Shown here in pieces: positions 37,612-41,697 of a stretch of 41,697 bases of DNA. The DNA comes from Vulcanimicrobiales bacterium (GTDB lineage: Bacteria; Vulcanimicrobiota; Vulcanimicrobiia; Vulcanimicrobiales; Vulcanimicrobiaceae). Each line of letters begins with the position of its first letter. Positions within the stretch are counted from its first letter, which is position 1. The stretch lies in contig JBBRLI010000027.1 of assembly GCA_038231455.1 (NCBI GenBank), positions 1 to 41,697 of the forward strand, given 5' to 3'. Position numbers and translations under genes: made by a program. Under the pieces are notes generated by a model that was not told the origin of the DNA, searched no databases, and was given only the letters and a program-made list of their open reading frames with translations.

Positions 37612-38390
37612 GCGTGCCACGTCGCGGGACGGCGTTCGAGGAATGCGCGCAAGCCTTCTTGTCCTTCGGGTGAGGTGCGCACGCGCGCGATCGTGCGGGC
37701 GGTTAGCAACGCGCTCTCGTCGTACGTTGCCGCCCGAACGCGCTGAATCAGGTCTTTGGCCGCGACGACGGCGCTTGGGCCGGCGGTCCCGAACTCCGCG
37801 ATCAACTCGTTCAGGCGCCGCTCGAGCGCGTCGTCGTCGAGGACTTCGTGCACGAGGCCGATCGCTTTTGCGCGCTCCGCCGAAAAGCGTTCGCCGGTGA
37901 GAAACAGCGCGCGCGCGTGCGAGACGCCGATTTTGGCGATGACGAAAGGCGAGATGACCGCAGGGATGATCCCAAGCTTCGTTTCGGTGAAACCGTAGAT
38001 GGTCCCGGGGCTGCTCAGCACGATATCGCAGACGGCGGCAAGGCCTGCGCCGCCGCCGAGCGCCCCGCCGTGAATGCGCCCGATGACGGGCTTGGGACAG
38101 CGATCGATCGCGCGATACATCTGCGACATGCGCTCGGCATCCGCCACGTTTTCGGCCTCGGAGAGCTCGAGCGACCCCCGCATCCAGTTGACGTCGGCGC
38201 CGCCGCAAAACGTCTTCCCAGCCCCGTCGAGGACGATCGTGCGGACCGACGCGTCGGTTCCGAGGTGGTCGAACGCTGCCCGCAGTTCGGCGATCAGTTC
38301 GGCGTTGAAGGCGTTGCGCACGTCGGGGCGCTGCAGCGTCACGCGGGCTACTGCGCCGTCGCGGACGACACGGAGGACGGTGTCTGGCAT
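37608..38390 (-). CDS. liuC: Enoyl-CoA hydratase family, likely methylglutaconyl-CoA hydratase
   Basis: RPDVRNAF, FCGGAD, ALGGGAGL, ETKLGIIPAVISPFV; context of liu genes. Confidence 0.88.
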   Translation of the reverse strand: MPDTVLRVVRDGAVARVTLQRPDVRNAFNAELIAELRAAFDHLGTDASVRTIVLDGAGKTFCGGADVNWMRGSLELSEAENVADAERMSQMYRAIDRCPKPVIGRIHGGALGGGAGLAAVCDIVLSSPGTIYGFTETKLGIIPAVISPFVIAKIGVSHARALFLTGERFSAERAKAIGLVHEVLDDDALERRLNELIAEFGTAGPSAVVAAKDLIQRVRAATYDESALLTARTIARVRTSPEGQEGLRAFLERRPATWHA

Positions 38391-38453
38391 GAGGGCCGCT
38401 TTCCGTGGGCGCCCTTACGCACCCCGCCGCCGACTCATGGTAGTATTCTCATT

Positions 38454-39272
38454 ATGAAGACAGGCCAGAGAGTCTACCGTCATTCGATCGTCGCACGAGC
38501 GAGCCACTGGGTGTGGACGCTCGCGATGCTCGTGCTCTTGATGAGCGGCCTTCAGATTTTCAACGCCGCTCCGTACCTCGACGCCTCCGATAAGAGCGAT
38601 CCGGCGCGGCGCGTGCTTTCGATCGACGGGGGAACGCCGCGGGGCGCAAGCGCTCCGGTCGGGCAGACGACGATCTTCGGCCATACGTTCACGACGACCG
38701 GATGGCTCGGCTACACCAACGATGGCGCCGGCGGGAAGAGTGCCCGCGCTTTCCCGGGCTCGATTACACTGCCGGGCTATCAGAGTCTGGCCGACGGCCG
38801 TCGCTGGCATCTCTTTTTCGGCTGGTTCCTCACGCTCTCGCTCCTGGCTTACGTGATCGGCGGCGTGATCCGCAAAGATATCCGCGAACTCTGGCTGACG
38901 AAACGTGATATCGAGGGACTCATTCCGATGCAGCTCTACTACATGCGCCTGCGCAAAGAGAAGCCGCCGCACGGCACGTACAATCCGTTGCAGAAAGTCA
39001 CCTATCTCATCGTGCTCTTCATCATGACGCCGCTCATCATCCTGAGCGGTCTTGCGCTCTCACCGGGCGTCGATGCGATCGCACATCCGCTGGTGAGTTT
39101 CTTTGGCGGACGACAGTTCGCGCGGCTCTGGCACTTCGCGCTCATGACGCTCTTCATTCTGTACTTCTTCACGCATATGGTGCTCGTGTTTGCAACCGGG
39201 GCGTGGAACAATTTGCGCTCGATGATCACCGGCTGGTACCGGCTGCACGATGGCGATGGAGTCGGCGTATGA
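38454..39272 (+). CDS. Cytochrome b/b6-domain membrane protein (YdhU-like)
   Basis: RASHW, LMSGLQIF, RRWHL, YNPLQK, ARLWHF; TAGTAT 7 nt before ATG 38454. Confidence 0.9.
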   Translation: MKTGQRVYRHSIVARASHWVWTLAMLVLLMSGLQIFNAAPYLDASDKSDPARRVLSIDGGTPRGASAPVGQTTIFGHTFTTTGWLGYTNDGAGGKSARAFPGSITLPGYQSLADGRRWHLFFGWFLTLSLLAYVIGGVIRKDIRELWLTKRDIEGLIPMQLYYMRLRKEKPPHGTYNPLQKVTYLIVLFIMTPLIILSGLALSPGVDAIAHPLVSFFGGRQFARLWHFALMTLFILYFFTHMVLVFATGAWNNLRSMITGWYRLHDGDGVGV

Positions 39273-40009
39273 AGCGGCGTCTCTTCATTGCAACCTCGCT
39301 TGCAACGCTCGGCGCCGCCGGCTGCTCGCCGATCAGCAACGCGCTCAACGAAAGTCCCGCCCACGGCCTCTTGACGTTGGGCGAAAAGTGGAACCAAGCG
39401 GCGATCGGAACGCGCGGTCTTGCCAAGTTGTATTCGGATGCGGACGTCGATCGTACGTTCCGCGTCAACGGAAATTCGACGCCCAGCGATTCGAGCTACG
39501 CGTCGCTTGTGGCCGCAGACTTTCGTTCGTACAAACTCGTCGTCGATGGTGCGGTCGAGCGGCCGCAACACTTCACGCTCCCGCAGCTGCGCGCGATGCC
39601 GCTCCAAACGCAAATCACGCGTCACGACTGCGTCGAGGGTTGGAGCGCGATCGGTAAATGGCGCGGCGTTCCGCTGGCGACGATTCTTGCGATGGCGCAG
39701 CCCAAGTCCGACGCGCGTTTCGTTATCTTTCACTGCTTGGATATCGACGAACAGAGCGCCCCGTACTACGAGAGCCTCAATTTGCACCAGGCCGCCCATC
39801 CGCAGACGCTACTCGCGCTCGACCTCAATGACAAAGCGCTCGATGCGGACCACGGCGCGCCGGTCCGTCTGCGCATTCCAACCCAACTGGGCTACAAGAG
39901 TGCCAAATGGGTCGGCCGGATCGAACTCGCATCGACCTTCGCCAAAGTCGGCAGCGGGTCAGGCGGCTATTGGGAAGATCAGGGTTACGAATGGTACGCG
40001 GGTATTTGA
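39269..40009 (+). CDS. Sulfite-oxidase-family molybdopterin oxidoreductase with Tat-like signal
   Basis: MKRRLFIA twin-Arg, HDCVEGWS Mo-ligand Cys, HGAPVRL, LGYKSAKW, GGYWED; ATGA overlap with the cytochrome b gene. Confidence 0.92.
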   Translation: MKRRLFIATSLATLGAAGCSPISNALNESPAHGLLTLGEKWNQAAIGTRGLAKLYSDADVDRTFRVNGNSTPSDSSYASLVAADFRSYKLVVDGAVERPQHFTLPQLRAMPLQTQITRHDCVEGWSAIGKWRGVPLATILAMAQPKSDARFVIFHCLDIDEQSAPYYESLNLHQAAHPQTLLALDLNDKALDADHGAPVRLRIPTQLGYKSAKWVGRIELASTFAKVGSGSGGYWEDQGYEWYAGI

Positions 40010-40029
40010 GTTCGCCTTAGGCGACACGA

Positions 40030-40914
40030 TCACGCTTCACTAGGGGTCGCGACGCGGTCGCGGCGTAGCGCAAGCGCAACGCCGCCAACGACGAGCGCCG
40101 CGCCGAAAATCTCGCGGCTGCCGAACGTCTCGCCGCCGAAGACGACGCCGACGGCGACCGCGATCACCGGAATCACCAAGGCCGAGAGGCCGACGACCCA
40201 CGATTCGAGCCGCTGCAAGAGCCAGTGGTTGAGATAAAACGCGATCCCGCTGCCCATCACGGCAAGGTAGAGAACGGCGAGTACCGATGGAGGCGCGAGG
40301 GCCGCATGCCAATCGGGTCGCTCGAAAAGTAGACCGCTCGCGGTCATGACGACTCCGGCGAGCAACATCGCGGGCGGCAGCGTCGCGAACGGGTCGCTTG
40401 CGGCGTGTCGACGCAGGTACACGTTTGCGTAGGCGGAGAGGAACGATGCGCCGAGCGTCGCGGCTGCGAAAATCATGCCGCCGTGGACGTTGCCGCCGAC
40501 CGAGATCACCGTGACGCCACCGAGTGCAAGGATCGCTCCCGCAAGCGTGGCGCGCGTCGCGCGTTCGCCGAGCATCACCGCGCCCAGGCCGAACACAAAA
40601 AACGGCAGCGTGCCGAAGATGACGGCCACGAGCCCCGATGAGAGCCCGGTCTCGGCGTAGTACGTGAGCGCGTAGTTGCCGCCGAAAAGCGCGACGGCGA
40701 GCGTGAGGATCAGCGAGAGCGGCGGCGCGCTGCCGCGCCGCTTCCCCGCGATTGCGCCAAGCGCTGCGAGAAAAAGACCCGCGATGATGAAGCGCACGCC
40801 CGCGCCCGTAACCGGCGGCAAACCGTGCAGCCCAATTTTGATCGCGAGCCACGTCGTGCCCCAAATACCACACATCAGCGCGTACGCGCCGATGATTCGA
40901 ACGTCTACCGGCAA
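40030..40914 (-). CDS. DMT/EamA-family transporter
   Basis: IWGTTWLAIK, RF, SSGLVAVI, YLAVMGS; about 10 TM helices. Confidence 0.92.
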   Translation of the reverse strand: MPVDVRIIGAYALMCGIWGTTWLAIKIGLHGLPPVTGAGVRFIIAGLFLAALGAIAGKRRGSAPPLSLILTLAVALFGGNYALTYYAETGLSSGLVAVIFGTLPFFVFGLGAVMLGERATRATLAGAILALGGVTVISVGGNVHGGMIFAAATLGASFLSAYANVYLRRHAASDPFATLPPAMLLAGVVMTASGLLFERPDWHAALAPPSVLAVLYLAVMGSGIAFYLNHWLLQRLESWVVGLSALVIPVIAVAVGVVFGGETFGSREIFGAALVVGGVALALRRDRVATPSEA

Positions 40915-41166
40915 CTACGCGCCGAAGAGATACGAGATGGGGGTCGTCCGTCCGCCAAAGAAAGCCGCAACGTCGCAATCGTACGTGGCCGCAAGTGCTT
41001 CGAGTTCGGGGTCGGTCAGCGCGTCCTCACCGGATTCGGCCGACGCGAGCCGTTCGAGGTCGACCTGCGCCGCAGCCGCCGCATCTTCGAGTGAGAGTCC
41101 GCGCCGTGCGCGCGCCCCTACGAGTGCTTCGGCCACGGTGTCTAGTGCGCTTTGACGATCCATCAT
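40915..41166 (-). CDS. XRE-family HTH protein
   Basis: ARARRGLSLEDAAAAAQVDLERLASAESG; its start overlaps the carboxyltransferase stop. Confidence 0.8.
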   Translation of the reverse strand: MMDRQSALDTVAEALVGARARRGLSLEDAAAAAQVDLERLASAESGEDALTDPELEALAATYDCDVAAFFGGRTTPISYLFGA

Positions 41167-41697
41167 TACATCCGAAACACGCCGAAGCGGGTTGGTTCCG
41201 GCGGAGCCCAGCGGGCGGCGCGTAATCCCATCGCAAGCACGCGCCGCGTGTCGAGCGGATCGATGATGCCGTCATCCCACATGCGCGCGGTCGAATAGTA
41301 GGGATTGCCTTCAGTTTCGTATTTTTCGAGGATCGGCGCTTTGAAGGCGGCCTGCGCCCCGGCATCCAGCGGCGTGCCTTTGCCTTTGTCGGCTTCCATG
41401 CGCACCGTGAGCAACGTCGATGCGGCTTGCACGCCGCCCATCACGGAAATACGTGCGTTCGGCCACATCCAGAGCTGACGCGGCGAATACGCGCGACCAC
41501 ACATCCCGTAGTTCCCTGCGCCGAAACTGCCGCCGATGACGACCGTGAATTTCGGCACGTTCGCGCAGGCGACCGCGGTGACGAGTTTCGCGCCGTCTTT
41601 AGCGATGCCGCGATTCTCGTATTCTTTCCCGATCATGAAGCCGGTGATGTTCTGCAAGAAGACAAGCGGCGTGCCGCGCTGCGTGCAGAGTTCGATG
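41166..41697 (-). CDS. liuB: 3-methylcrotonyl-CoA carboxylase beta subunit, C-terminal part; runs off window end
   Basis: [48 protein letters not shown]. Confidence 0.92.
   Translation of the reverse strand, partial: IELCTQRGTPLVFLQNITGFMIGKEYENRGIAKDGAKLVTAVACANVPKFTVVIGGSFGAGNYGMCGRAYSPRQLWMWPNARISVMGGVQAASTLLTVRMEADKGKGTPLDAGAQAAFKAPILEKYETEGNPYYSTARMWDDGIIDPLDTRRVLAMGLRAARWAPPEPTRFGVFRM

Noticed and set aside
37612-38208. 826-aa carboxylase fusion in the ORF track
   Set aside because: The upstream 199 codons are an off-frame reading of liuC; the true start is MKRLLIANRGE at 37611.
37848-38453. 474-aa version of the cytochrome b ORF
   Set aside because: The extension is antisense to liuC; a -10 box 7 nt before ATG 38454 supports the shorter gene.

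Overview
High-GC bacterial chromosomal window; gene content suggests a soil carbon-fixing bacterium such as Ca. Eremiobacterota, but this is inference only. 1-10.4 kb is a Calvin-cycle region: red-type (form IE-like) RuBisCO cbbL-cbbS-cbbX divergent from a translationally coupled cbbR-LytS-LytTR regulator trio, a thioredoxin/DCC1 pair, and prk-glpX followed by a class I aldolase with a large internal deletion. Several decayed gene remnants fill the spacers. 10.4-23.3 kb holds lipoproteins, a PfkB kinase, a MauG-type di-haem enzyme, tRNA-Ala(CGC), a metal ABC transporter, S53 and M48 peptidases, an SDR with an extra C-terminal domain, and purEK. 23.3-28.3 kb is an AT-richer insert with a 1538-aa SF1 helicase-nuclease (candidate anti-phage gene) plus a small ORF. 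28.3-41.7 kb holds GT4, ArsR/EamA with two operators, and a leucine-catabolism (liu-like) gene run that also carries a split CapRel-like toxSAS/antitoxin pair, interrupted by a cytochrome b/molybdopterin oxidoreductase pair. The most promising leads are the operon-embedded CapRel-like pair, the helicase-nuclease island, and possible LytS/LytTR control of carbon fixation. No CRISPR array, rRNA, integrase or transposase was seen. All family calls come from motif recognition by eye; no searches were run.
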